The notes: generated by a model not told the origin, from the sequence alone. Counted from the whole stretch's first letter, positions 1-11,571 are shown. The stretch: 46,706 nt of DNA, filler included, from Pseudogymnoascus verrucosus (GCA_001662655.1; 25 parts of 25 records of this genome joined end to end with filler, not necessarily neighbours in it), one strand, 5' to 3'. Made by a program: numbers and translations.

Positions 1-2
1 AA

Positions 3-1634
3 ATCGAGGCACAGAAGCCACCAAGAGCATCTCACTGGCAGTTAGTATCCAGTCAAACGCATGTCACCGAACATGTTCTCAATCACACATATCTTGGAAT
101 GGGAACGACTGAAAGTCCCTTCATCGTCGATTTCATTCCTCATGATCCAAGAAACCCGTTGACCTTCAAAGCATCGAAGAAATGGTTTATCACTTTCGTC
201 GTGGCCATTGCCACCATGGCTGTCGCGTTTGTCTCATCCGCATACTCCGGAGGTCAGGCAGAAATCATCGCGGAGTTCGGCTGCAGTCAGGAGGTTGCTA
301 CTCTTGGAATTTCTCTCTTCGTTCTTGGTTTCGCCATTGGTCCGTTGATCTGGGCGCCAATGTCTGAGCTATATGGTCGCCAATGGCTCTTCATTGGGAC
401 TTATGCTGGTCTCACAGCCTTCAACGCTGGAGCCGCTGGCAGCCAGAACATCTGGACTTTGATTATTCTTCGATTCCTCGCTGGTTCCATCGGTTCATCG
501 CCACTTGTCAACGGAGGTGGTTGCATTGCCGATATGTTCAGTGCAAACGAGCGTGGACTTGCAACTGCTCTTTTCGCCGCTGCGCCATTCCTTGGCCCAA
601 GCATTGGTCCAATCGTTGGAGGGTTTGTCGGCCAGACTGTTGGATGGAGATGGGTTCAGGGTGTTATGGCCATTTTCACCGGTGTGATTACCATTGTCGG
701 AGCTCTCACTATCCCTGAAACCTACGCGCCCACAATTCTCAAACGCCGTGCTAAGAAGCTTGGCGTTATGAGCAACGGGACCAAGGTTTACGTGTCGCGC
801 ATCGAAGTGCAAAATGGCGTGAAAACTGCCAAGGAGGAATTCAAGATCGCTCTTTCGCGCCCATGGGTTCTGCTTTTCACAGAGCCGATCGTTCTCGCTC
901 TTTCGATATATATGGCGATCATCTACGGAACGCTCTATCTCATGTTCGGCGCCTTCCCAATCGTCTTCCAGGGGGGACGTGGCTGGTCCCCTGGCGTTGG
1001 TGGATTGGCTTTCCTTGGTGTGGCCGTTGGCATGATATGCGGGGTCGTTATTATCATTCCGGGTAACAAGATGTACATCCGCAAAGCAGCGGCTAGTCCC
1101 GGGGGGATTGCCCCACCCGAGGCGCGTCTCCCCCCTGCGATGATTGGATCAATCGCTTTGCCTATCGGCCTCTTCTGGTTTGCCTGGACCAACCAAGCGT
1201 CCATCCACTGGAGTGTCTGCATCATCGCAACTGCCCCTTTCGGTTTCGGCATGGTGCTCGTGTTCTTGAGTACCATAAACTACCTGGTCGATACCTACAC
1301 CATCTACGCCTCTTCAGTTCTTGCCGCCAACAGTGTCCTCCGTTCTCTCTTCGGCGCCGCTTTCCCACTTTTCACCTCCCAAATGTACGCAAACCTCGGG
1401 ATTCACTGGGCATCTTCTATCCCAGCCTTCCTTGCGCTTGGATGTGTTCCATTACCATTCTTGTTCTACAAGTACGGACCGGCGATCCGTCAGAAGTGCA
1501 AGTACGCTGCTGAGGCACAGGCAGCCATGGCGGATATGAGAAAGCCCGTTGCCATGGTGGCACAGGAGAGCGGTACTGAAATTGAGCCGGAAAGACCTAT
1601 TAAGAAGGTGTCTACTTGTGGCATCATTACTTAG
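3..1634 (+). CDS. MFS multidrug transporter, DHA1 family (5' end probably upstream of the window)
   Basis: 511-aa ORF from 99 with about 12 hydrophobic segments and DHA1 motifs (DPRNP, WAPMSELYGR, RFLAG, GPSIGPIVGGF, PETY, PPEARL). The frame is open back to base 3 (..HVLNHTYLGMGTTESP). No introns needed. Confidence 0.9.
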   Translation: MEAQKPPRASHWQLVSSQTHVTEHVLNHTYLGMGTTESPFIVDFIPHDPRNPLTFKASKKWFITFVVAIATMAVAFVSSAYSGGQAEIIAEFGCSQEVATLGISLFVLGFAIGPLIWAPMSELYGRQWLFIGTYAGLTAFNAGAAGSQNIWTLIILRFLAGSIGSSPLVNGGGCIADMFSANERGLATALFAAAPFLGPSIGPIVGGFVGQTVGWRWVQGVMAIFTGVITIVGALTIPETYAPTILKRRAKKLGVMSNGTKVYVSRIEVQNGVKTAKEEFKIALSRPWVLLFTEPIVLALSIYMAIIYGTLYLMFGAFPIVFQGGRGWSPGVGGLAFLGVAVGMICGVVIIIPGNKMYIRKAAASPGGIAPPEARLPPAMIGSIALPIGLFWFAWTNQASIHWSVCIIATAPFGFGMVLVFLSTINYLVDTYTIYASSVLAANSVLRSLFGAAFPLFTSQMYANLGIHWASSIPAFLALGCVPLPFLFYKYGPAIRQKCKYAAEAQAAMADMRKPVAMVAQESGTEIEPERPIKKVSTCGIIT

Positions 1635-2120
1635 GGTTTGAGATTAGGAGAGTTATTTCGAGTAAAGTTGTGTGATGTACGGAGTAGTGTGGATTTCATA
1701 AGAATGACAGGCTTTAGCGACATTTTTAGGCGTTTGGTATACCTGTTATAGAAAGGTATATAGGAAGACATTTAGATTTAGGAATGGTAGAGGAGGACTT
1801 ACCTTAATAATTAGCAGAGACGGATAAAAGGAGGATTAGTACTAATCTTCTTCTCTCTCCTCCTCTTCCTTCTGTCTCCTATGCTTAATATTAAGGCCTA
1901 TAATTTCGATATGTAGTTGTTCTAGTAGNNNNNNNNNNNNNNNNNNNNNNNNNNNNNNNNNNNNNNNNNNNNNNNNNNNNNNNNNNNNNNNNNNNNNNNN
2001 NNNNNNNNNNNNNNNNNNNNNNNNNNNNNNNNNCCTGCCCCCCCTATAGGGTCCGTCTTAACGAGGCCCCCTAGAGCCGCTCCGACTTTAGGGTTTTAGA
2101 GACGGCCTTTAGTAGGGGCG

Positions 2121-2803
2121 ATGAGCGAGGCCTTCACCTACCTCCCGGAGTGGGGCGTGCTCCTGTGCACGCCCTGCGGCTACTACCTGCAGCCCCGGCC
2201 GGAAGTCTGGGTCCCGCACCTACGGCAGCACCCGCACGGCCTGCGCGGGGCCCAGCTTAAGCGTCTAGGAGAGCTCTTCAGCAGCTACAGGCTTAGCGCT
2301 CCCTAGGACGTGCCAGCCCCTAGGCAGACTAGGGCTGGTCCTACAGCGGCTATCAGTGGCCTCTAGGTCGTAGACGGCTGGCAGTGCCTCACCTACGCGG
2401 GAGGGCTCACGAGAAACCTTCAGACGATGAAGGTGCACGTGTCGAAGGCGCACTAGCAGAAGCCCGGCCTACATAAGAGGGGCCCTCTATGGCGGGCCTG
2501 CAAGCTCTAGACGTTCTTTGCTGAGAACTGCCTAATCTGGTATTTCGTGGTAGCCCTAGAGGAGGAGCGGGGCTGCTGCGCAGGCAGCAGCGAGGCGGCA
2601 GAGCAGCGCCTAGGCCGCGAGGAGGAGGAGAAGTTCTTCTAGCAGTAGAGCGAGGACACGCTCCGCGCTAAGGAGGACGGCAAGGCAGCAGCTAACATCG
2701 TCGAGGGCTTTGGCAGCCACTGGTCTGCTGTGGTGCCATGGCTTTAGCGGACTAGTATCAAGGACTGCCTTAAGGGCCTTGACAAGGAGCAGATCTAAGC
2801 GTT
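2121..2803 (+). pseudogene. RIP-mutated DUF3505-domain gene (N-terminus of telomere-linked RecQ helicase-type protein), truncated
   Basis: Reading through TAG/TAA stops gives VLLCTPCGY..HLRQHPH..DGWQC..MKVHVSKAH..WRACKL*TFF..YFVV..VPWL*RT. Stops fall mostly at expected Gln/Trp codons (C>T, G>A). Confidence 0.7.
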
Positions 2804-2823
2804 TTAGGGTTAGGGTTAGGGTT
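2804..2823 (+). repeat. Telomeric repeat (TTAGGG)3+TT at the contig end
   Basis: ttagggttagggttagggtt runs into the linker with the G-rich strand pointing to the end. Confidence 0.7.
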
Positions 2824-2923
2824 NNNNNNNNNNNNNNNNNNNNNNNNNNNNNNNNNNNNNNNNNNNNTTAATTAATTAANNNNNNNNNNNNNNNNNNNNN
2901 NNNNNNNNNNNNNNNNNNNNNNN
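2824..2923. other. Artificial contig linker (first of 24)
   Basis: 44 N + TTAATTAATTAA (stops in six frames) + 44 N. Others start at 5655, 8483, 11233, 13884, 16269, 18462, 20635, 22765, 24809, 26814, 28767, 30536, 32080, 33618, 35137, 36602, 38039, 39453, 40808, 42041, 43255, 44446 and 45598. Confidence 0.98.
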
Positions 2924-3915
2924 CACAATCATCCATATCAACCTCGGTGCTAATCAACCCACCATCCTCAACCTCCCACAACGGCTCAACAAGAACAGTG
3001 CCGTTGGAATTAACAATGCAGGATCCGCCACGAGAGACGAAGTCGTCGCCCTTGGAGACGTCGCCCTTGACCCATGCGGGCAAATGGCTCTTTCGCTGGC
3101 ACTGGTTGGCTGAGACAACTACACACCTACCCTCGCAAGCAATCATGCGCATAGCGCTCAACCATGTGTCACGGGCATCGGCCGTTGGCGCCAAAAACAG
3201 ATTGACGTTCTGGTTGTACAGACTTTGTCTGAGGAGCGGCATGTAGTTCTCCCAGCAAATAGCAGCAGCCATGATAATCTTAGTACCGCGAATCTCCGTG
3301 GTAACAGCTCTCAGCGAGGAAGCCGCTCCCTGGCCCCAAACAAGTCTCTCGCTGCCCGTCTGTTCCCCACCTCCATCAGCTCTCGCTTGTCATGTGATAT
3401 TACCAAAAGAAAGAGTGGTGGCAACATCCAATACATACCGGCATCAACTTCCTCCTCTTCCCCAAAGCGCCATGCACAGGATCCACGTATATAGCACCAC
3501 AGTACAAGGTTCCCCCACACCTCTCAATTAGTCCCACAACGAGGAAAACGCCCGTCTGCTTCGAAATCCTCTCCAGCTCCTCTCTCGTCCCATCACCTCT
3601 CACGCCCCCATTCTTCGGCGCAGGCAAAGATTTCTCAACCCAAGCGTCGCCAGCTCCCTCAGGGGTATCCCCCAAATCAACCGCTGCGCGGAAGTACTGG
3701 AGGAACTGCTCACGGCCGGCGTCGGAACGTGAGCCGATCACGGCGCCGAAGTCACAGCCTCGCGGATAGCCGCCTAAGTAAGCTTCGGGGAAGAGCAGGA
3801 CATCGATGTTTTGCGCTGCTGCTTTCTTGGTGATTTCCTCGAGGTCGGTTAGAGTTTCGGTGAGGGTGTTTAGAGTGCGCGCTTGAGCGGCGCCGACTTT
3901 GATGACGGATGGCAT
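2924..3915 (-). CDS. Nitrilase, mirror copy, 3'-truncated
   Basis: Reverse complement of 4663-5654; intron 3360-3438. Confidence 0.75.
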
Positions 3916-4662
3916 TTTGAGGTTAAAGAGAGACCAGCGAATCAATATTATTAATTAGGACAGGCTTGAAAATGGTAGATTTGTGGTTTTTGACTTTTGC
4001 TACAAGAGGATATGGGAGCAGATGTCGTCTCTAAAAGAAGTCCCATTGGTATAAATTAGATGGCCATCGTAGGATTTGGGTTGACCTAATTAACGTTCAT
4101 GGTATGCAAGGTCCGAGCCTACCGAATAACGTAATACAAAAAATGTGAATCCACACCGGTGCGCGTATAGCAATTTATTTACTTGACATTAGGTTTAGTT
4201 TTAAGGGGTTTAAGGGAGTTAAGGGATTTAAGTTAACCTCTTTAATACAAGGCTTAGACCGGCACTTAGACACGGGAGAACATTTACTTAGTAAATGTTC
4301 TCCCGTGTCTAAGTGCCGGTCTAAGCCTTGTATTAAAGAGGTTAACTTAAATCCCTTAACTCCCTTAAACCCCTTAAAACTAAACCTAATGTCAAGTAAA
4401 TAAATTGCTATACGCGCACCGGTGTGGATTCACATTTTTTGTATTACGTTATTCGGTAGGCTCGGACCTTGCATACCATGAACGTTAATTAGGTCAACCC
4501 AAATCCTACGATGGCCATCTAATTTATACCAATGGGACTTCTTTTAGAGACGACATCTGCTCCCATATCCTCTTGTAGCAAAAGTCAAAAACCACAAATC
4601 TACCATTTTCAAGCCTGTCCTAATTAATAATATTGATTCGCTGGTCTCTCTTTAACCTCAAA

Positions 4663-5654
4663 ATGCCATCCGTCATCAAAGTCGGCGCCGCTCAAGCGCG
4701 CACTCTAAACACCCTCACCGAAACTCTAACCGACCTCGAGGAAATCACCAAGAAAGCAGCAGCGCAAAACATCGATGTCCTGCTCTTCCCCGAAGCTTAC
4801 TTAGGCGGCTATCCGCGAGGCTGTGACTTCGGCGCCGTGATCGGCTCACGTTCCGACGCCGGCCGTGAGCAGTTCCTCCAGTACTTCCGCGCAGCGGTTG
4901 ATTTGGGGGATACCCCTGAGGGAGCTGGCGACGCTTGGGTTGAGAAATCTTTGCCTGCGCCGAAGAATGGGGGCGTGAGAGGTGATGGGACGAGAGAGGA
5001 GCTGGAGAGGATTTCGAAGCAGACGGGCGTTTTCCTCGTTGTGGGACTAATTGAGAGGTGTGGGGGAACCTTGTACTGTGGTGCTATATACGTGGATCCT
5101 GTGCATGGCGCTTTGGGGAAGAGGAGGAAGTTGATGCCGGTATGTATTGGATGTTGCCACCACTCTTTCTTTTGGTAATATCACATGACAAGCGAGAGCT
5201 GATGGAGGTGGGGAACAGACGGGCAGCGAGAGACTTGTTTGGGGCCAGGGAGCGGCTTCCTCGCTGAGAGCTGTTACCACGGAGATTCGCGGTACTAAGA
5301 TTATCATGGCTGCTGCTATTTGCTGGGAGAACTACATGCCGCTCCTCAGACAAAGTCTGTACAACCAGAACGTCAATCTGTTTTTGGCGCCAACGGCCGA
5401 TGCCCGTGACACATGGTTGAGCGCTATGCGCATGATTGCTTGCGAGGGTAGGTGTGTAGTTGTCTCAGCCAACCAGTGCCAGCGAAAGAGCCATTTGCCC
5501 GCATGGGTCAAGGGCGACGTCTCCAAGGGCGACGACTTCGTCTCTCGTGGCGGATCCTGCATTGTTAATTCCAACGGCACTGTTCTTGTTGAGCCGTTGT
5601 GGGAGGTTGAGGATGGTGGGTTGATTAGCACCGAGGTTGATATGGATGATTGTG
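4663..5654 (+). CDS. Nitrilase (carbon-nitrogen hydrolase), 3'-truncated
   Basis: ATG 4663; exon 1 to 5139; intron GTATGT..AG 5140-5218; exon 2 [11 protein letters not shown]... The E-K-C triad is present ([20 protein letters not shown]). Confidence 0.9.
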
Positions 5655-5754
5655 NNNNNNNNNNNNNNNNNNNNNNNNNNNNNNNNNNNNNNNNNNNNTT
5701 AATTAATTAANNNNNNNNNNNNNNNNNNNNNNNNNNNNNNNNNNNNNNNNNNNN

Positions 5755-7950
5755 CGGTATGTGGCCGCCCAAGATAGCGAAATGTAGAGCAGTGCATTGC
5801 AGATCCCAGGCAACGACATTAATATCGTAGAAGTCAGGTTCATCCTCGTCATCATCTGGTATGTCGTTCGACTCTCCAGGTGCGGCCTCCTTAACTTTAG
5901 TGAAGCCCTGAGTCTCCGAGTCGTTATCACTATCATCTTCCGTCTCAACCTCCATGCCTGAGCCTTCCGAATCGCTTCCGTCGGCATCTTCCATCTCCAC
6001 GTCGTCATTTTTAGATTTCTTTGCGGCCAATTTAGCAGCTCTAAGTTTATCCTCCTTTTCTGCCTCTTCCTCTTCATTTGCAAGACTCTTGTCCATCAAG
6101 ATCTTTATGATATCGGCATGGCCCAGTTGTGCAGCAATATGCAAAGCACAACGTCCATCAAGGAGTCTGGCGATGATTTTCGCACCGTTATCAATGAGAA
6201 CCTTGGCAATATCTGCATGTCCATTGATAACCGCCAGGTGAAGAGGCGCCCTTCCGACATAATCTCTGGTGTTGACGTCGTTGCCTTCCTGCTCGCACCA
6301 GCTCGTAATGTAATCAATATCGCCATCGACAATTGCCTGACAAAGCATTTGGGTGTTTCCAACATATGCCATCTCAGTCCAGTCATCGGTGGTAATGGGA
6401 TTGAAGCTACCAATCTCCTGGCGTCCAGGGTCATCCTTGACAAAGGTAAGGGATCCTGAGATGTACGTCTTGCTCTCTTCCTCTGCAATCTCAATCTCCT
6501 CGTCTGTCTTAGGAACAGGGCAAAAGCCACAGCAATCTCCCAAAACATCCTCAGCAGTGCCGAAGAAGCAGGGGTGACGATGCAGGTCAACCTCGCGCTC
6601 CTTGGGGCGATTCCATTCCGAGTTGAGGAGGAGATCCTTGGTATACAGCACTCGTTCAATTTTGCGTGCAGTAAATCGTTTTCCATACGGCACAACCATG
6701 GTGTGGTAGTTGGAAACCTGGTCTTCTTCGGCCCAGTCGGCAACTTCGTCCTCTTGCTCATCCTTAATATTTCCAAAGAGCTTATGCTGGTCTCTGACGT
6801 GTCTGTCAACAGCGGGGCGACCTCTCTCTTTGCGCCTCTCGTCAGTATATCTCTCGCGGTCCACTGTTTGGGGAAGCTTTTCCAGGACTAGAAGTCTGGA
6901 AAGACCAAGCGTCTTCCGGAATGCCCTCTCAAAGATGGTGGGGTCGACGCGCGAGCGGTCAAGGTCAGGCCAATGGACTTCAAATCCGCGGTGAGAGTAT
7001 TTCGAGAGGCGATTCTCGTACGACGGTGATCGACGAGTAAGGTCAATAGTATTGGTCTGAGTCGAAAACGCCGCAAGCGCTCTAGGACTGCCATAGACCT
7101 CGTTGCCATCGTATGCAACGCAGGCACAGTCAACATCGAAACCAGTGATAATCTGAGAGATGGAATCGTAGAGACGCAGGACAATCTGCACGTGCCGAGT
7201 CGGATATTGACTGGCAATAGTGATGGCGTTCTTCGTGCGAATAGTCGTTACTTCGTGAAGAACACTGTCCTTAACCGCTGTCTCAATGTGCTTAATCTTC
7301 TCCAGTGCCTCCTCCTCATTAAGTCCATAGAGGAAGAGATCCACATCACTCGCCGGGGCAAGCCGATCATGATAGTACTCCCTCAAGCTCTTCTTGCTTC
7401 CAGACCACTTCTCCGGGACGGGCAAAAGCGCAGTCGTAACAGAACTCCCTGCAGCAACAACATTGCTCCAGTCAAGTTCGCTCAATGACGATTCGGAGAA
7501 GAGGTTGAAGTTGCTCTGGAACTCCTTCAAGGATGTAACCACAGCTGGAGATCCGTCGGGCTTACGATCAGCCTTGCTGAGGCCCATAATATACTTTTCC
7601 TTCTCAGCGTCCGTCTCAGCGTCCAGCTTGCGCGCGCGGACCTTCAGAGACGACTCCTGCCCAGCAAAGATGGGGACCATATTGATGTGTCCATCTTTCA
7701 GGACCGGGTCATCCGGCTGCTGGGCATAGAACTTCCTGAGCTCCGCCTCGTAGGCGTGATACGGCTCGAGAAGCTCAGGCACCGGCGTGTCCTTTGCATT
7801 GGATAAATATTGGGCAAAATCTTTGACAGCTGCGGGTAGGGGGGGCAGCTCCAGGACAGCCTCAATCTCTGGACTGCTGCTTTTCTGGCGCTTGGCGTTG
7901 GGGTTTTGTTCGACGGCGAGCTTCTCTAGGTTTGTGCGGAGAGAAGGCAT
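5755..7950 (-). CDS. Nucleotidyltransferase-like domain + ankyrin repeat protein, 3'-truncated
   Basis: Over 730 aa open. AAGSSV..SDVDLFLYG..VQIVLRLY..GFDVD..RLSKYSHRGF, followed by ankyrin repeats (GRAPLHLAV, GRCALHIAA, CTALHFAI) with an acidic insert. Confidence 0.85.
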
Positions 7951-8749
7951 GGCGTGAAGGGGTGTTCAGGCGCGTTATAATATGTCGTAGAAAGCTCTCA
8001 GAAAACAGAGGGAGGCTTAATCAGGGAGGTGGGGATTTGTGAATGTTAATAGTTAGGGGAATTTGTTGAAGGCTGAATGTGACAATGGACTGGCATTCGA
8101 CAAAGCATTCAAATGAAGGAGAAGATGAAGATGGATGCAGAACAAGAGATTGAAAGGATATTGAAGCTACATATATACAGATATCGCCTTAACACATTTT
8201 AACCCACGCCCGTGAGGCAGAATCTCAGCCGAGCGGTCAATTCCAATGGAGGTGGAGAGGTATCGTCAAGCTAACAGGGTTGCGGCACAGAAATCGTCCG
8301 AGAGCGGGCCAGCGAGTGGATGTGCTGCCTTGTGACAGGGATCCCCGCTCTTTCAGCTCAGCTCCTCCATTGGAAAGTTCGCGACGCGTGCGACTAAGAA
8401 TCGGCGCGTGTTCCCGTGATTTTAATTATTTACCCTTGGCTGCGCCGAGGGAGCCTGGAGGTGGTGGAGAGGATCCAAGAGANNNNNNNNNNNNNNNNNN
8501 NNNNNNNNNNNNNNNNNNNNNNNNNNTTAATTAATTAANNNNNNNNNNNNNNNNNNNNNNNNNNNNNNNNNNNNNNNNNNNNGACTCTCTTCTGTGTATG
8601 AGCGGGCATCACGTAAGACCTTGTAAGAAAACACTACGCTAAAGAGAAAGCTCACGGGGGCGGTGGGCTTATAGGAGTCGAGCCCTCTAGGGGGTGTTCT
8701 CTTAGGAGAGAGAGTCTCCGAGGAGCTTTGTCCACAGAGCAGAGGCGAA

Positions 8750-8935
8750 CCTGGAGCAAACTCCTTAGATGTATGAGCGCCTAGGAGGGTCCTCCTTAGA
8801 TGGTAGGGATCCTAAGAGGATCCGCCTAGGCAGTGGGTGCTCCTAGGGACTTCCTCCTTAAGGCACTAGCGTCCTAGGAGGATCCTCCCTACGACTCTAC
8901 AATCCTAGGCGTTCCCCTCGCCTACAAGGGTACCC
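8750..8935. repeat. Degenerate tandem array, about 6 units, 30-31 bp period
   Basis: CCT(A/G)(G/A)G starts at 8750, 8780, 8811, 8842, 8873 and 8904, mostly followed by a (GA)TCCTCC-like core. Confidence 0.5.
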
Positions 8936-9018
8936 TTTAGAGTGCCACCTAGCTAGGAGCACTCTCTAAGGCTTTATAAATAAGCTACAAAAACTCTAGC
9001 TATCTACGCGTAACCTAT

Positions 9019-9980
9019 CTACTTTAGCTGGTAATCTAGTTCTACGAATTTCACCCCTATCTGCATATACTTCCTCACGACCGCCTATAAATCGTCTCTA
9101 ATCACGTCTAAGCTAGACGCTTTCGTCTGTTAGCACTACACACATGGCAGACCGTAGAGTACTTACCTACAACAAGCATCCCTCCATCTCCTGCCACTGT
9201 CTACCTACTCCCGGATTCAACATTACCCTAAAGCGTACTAGATGTTAACTCGCTCTGTTCTAAAGCCTTCTGTCCTTTAGCACTGACTTCCGCTGCGTAG
9301 ACCTTGATATTATTTCCTAAGAGCTCTGCGAGGAAGATCTCTAGCAAGGGACCGGACCCCGGATACATAGTAGGTCGTTCGCCAAATGGCTTTTTAGGCA
9401 AGCTCATAGTTTCAACATACACTGAAATCAAGAGGATCTAGTCCGGGTAATCATTAGCTGTAGTTTAGAGGGTTTCACTGAACGTACATAGCCATCATCT
9501 AATTTATCCTCCTCTAGCGCAATGTTAAGTGGTTCCTAAACTATAAGACCGTTAGCTACACTATTAGCTTTGGTACGGATTTGCATATTGCATACAACAA
9601 TCCCACCTTCATTCTTTATCTGCCACACTAGATGAATGCGGCGAGTTTGGACCGCGCGAGTGTTATAGCCGTAGATTAGCTTCTTCAGGTGTGGTACGAA
9701 GGCAGCGATGCTGAAGCCACTCGCCACCATTAGGACGCTCTCGTACTCGCCCATCGACAGGGTGCCTCCGTAAGGGCCACTGAACATGACGAGGGGGTTT
9801 ATGGTATAGCCTTTCTCCGCGTAGTACAACAGCTCTCGCGTGAGCCATCTCCGAGGCTCGATCAGGAGATCACTGGTCCTTTGCATCCCATGAGATGACC
9901 GTGAACGGGTGAGTTTGGAGGAAAGACCAGAAGCTGACAGAAGGGATCCAGAGGTTTATATACTGCCTAGCATCCATATT
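9019..9980 (-). pseudogene. Ferric reductase-like (FAD/NAD-binding) gene relic, RIP-mutated, 5' end lost
   Basis: QYINLWIP..THPFTVISW, IEPRR.LTRELL, FSGPYG, VLMVASGFSIAA, RIHLVWQ and C-terminal FVELDYQLK*. A frameshift and stops are present. Confidence 0.75.
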
Positions 9981-10070
9981 ACATCTATATCTCTACGCCT
10001 ACGTCCTAGTTAGGGACTAGACTTAGGCTAGTTGCTTATCTTATATAGTTCTTATGATTCTTATGCGTTA

Positions 10071-10532
10071 ACTTAGGTCATGTCGTAAGCGCTGCCATGG
10101 CGTAAGCGACAATTTCAGCAACCACACCAAAATCCACGTCATGTGACTAAAATTAAAACCTTAATAACTTCTGTAATAATGGTTATAAATCTTAATGCTC
10201 TTAGACTATTACTCTTTATATAATCATCTAATATATGTAAAAACGCTAGTAGCGCTAGTCTTATTTTACAATAAATATTAAGGCTTTAACTTTTACTATA
10301 TAAAATATTTATATAGTAAAACTTAAACTATAAATAACTCTTTAATAAGACTAGCTTACATTATTACAAATTAAGCCCTAATGTATGCATATATAAAGAG
10401 TAATAATATAAGAGGATTAAGCTTTATAACAGTTAATTAAAAAGTTATTAAGGTTTTCACATGACGTGGATTTTGGTGTGGTTTCTAGAATAGCCCTTTA
10501 GGCCATGTAGCCCTTTAGGCCATGACCTACGT
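10071..10532. mobile_element. pogo-type MITE with non-matching ends (left degenerate GCGTAAGCG type, right CCTAAAGGG type)
   Basis: TA-flanked; the interior is the reverse complement of the 11863-12333 MITE interior. Confidence 0.75.
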
Positions 10533-10534
10533 TA

Positions 10535-10661
10535 TGATTTTTATTAGCAGAGATATTTAGATTTTTAGTTTTATAAACATAAGTACCTTTACATACAAAT
10601 TTGGCTGTAAAGGTACATTAGGCCCATTACGCCATTAGACCCATTACGCCATGACTTACGT
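10535..10661. mobile_element. MITE end, TIR core TGGCGTAATGGG(T/C)CTAA
   Basis: ..cccattacgccattagacccattacgccatgacttacgt|ta. Confidence 0.7.
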
Positions 10662-10779
10662 TATATAATATGTGTTTAAGGTTATTATAGGTTGCTATAA
10701 TATTATATGCTAACTAACAAGTGTTTTAGGTTATTAGGTTATTATATGTTTATTTGTGTTGGCTTTTGTAGTGACTTAA

Positions 10780-10936
10780 GTCTTTAAGGAAAAAACTTAT
10801 CTATTTCTAAAGGTTAATTCCATGTTTGTATAAATGGTTTTCCTTCTATATAAACCTACTAGCATACTATTCTACATATGTTCTAAGTTATCACATAAGT
10901 TATACCTTCTATACCTATGTTCTAGATTATTATGTA
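10780..10936 (-). repeat. Fragment of the LTR-like ATAAC(T/C)TAGAACA repeat family
   Basis: Reverse complement resembles 35590-35740; also similar to 35446-35527. Confidence 0.45.
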
Positions 10937-11220
10937 ACGTAAGTCGTGGCCATACCGGCTACATGGCCATACCGGCTAACGTAGGTCATGGCCATACCGG
11001 GACTAACGTAGGTCATGGCCTAAAGGGCTACATGGCCTAAAGGGCTATTCTAGAAACCACACCAAAATCCACGTCATGTGAAAACCTTAATAACTTTTTA
11101 ATTAACTGTTATAAAGCTTAATCCTCTTATATTATTACTCTTTATATATGCATACATTAGGGTTTAATTTGTAATAATGTAAGCTAGTCTTATTAAAGAG
11201 TTATTTATAGTTTAAGTTTT
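10937..11220. mobile_element. Three stacked TIR left ends (10937, 10979, 11006); the last continues as a CCTAAAGGG-type MITE
   Basis: ta|acgtaagtcgtggccataccggc..ta|acgtaggtcatggccataccgggacta|acgtaggtcatggcctaaaggg. Confidence 0.85.
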
Positions 11221-11332
11221 AGATCGGAAGAGNNNNNNNNNNNNNNNNNNNNNNNNNNNNNNNNNNNNNNNNNNNNTTAATTAATTAANNNNNNNNNNNN
11301 NNNNNNNNNNNNNNNNNNNNNNNNNNNNNNNN

Positions 11333-11571
11333 TTCTCTGTACCCTTATTCTATACTCTACGCTTCTAGATAATTAAGCGTAAGTTATCACACTCTCTTTT
11401 TTAAAGGGTGTTGCGTGTATTAAGGCGTTCTGTCTCGTCTGTTAACTTATTAATATATCGCTTTATAGGAGTATTAAGAGTAGTACTCTAACTTATTATA
11501 GTAGAGAGTACTATATTTACTGTTATAAATAAGGAGCCTTTGTTATAGTTTTCCATTTTGTATTACTTTTA
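11333..11571 (-). pseudogene. RIP-mutated, internally deleted pogo transposase fragment
   Basis: Matches 46390-46530 and 41810-41860 with many C>T/G>A changes. Confidence 0.75.

Larger units (their letters stand above)
2924..5654. repeat. Whole-contig inverted repeat (two 1365-bp arms, 1-nt centre at 4289)
   Basis: Centre reads catttact-t-agtaaatg. Paired positions sum to 8578, including both contig ends. The ORF track shows identical mirrored ORFs. Confidence 0.95.

Noticed and set aside
10937..11046. CRISPR-like look of repeated ACGTA(A/G)GTC units with variable followers
   Set aside because: Eukaryotic context, no cas genes, no unique spacers; these are stacked transposon TIRs flanked by TA.
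11221..11232. AGATCGGAAGAG at a contig end
   Set aside because: Illumina adapter sequence left in the assembly.
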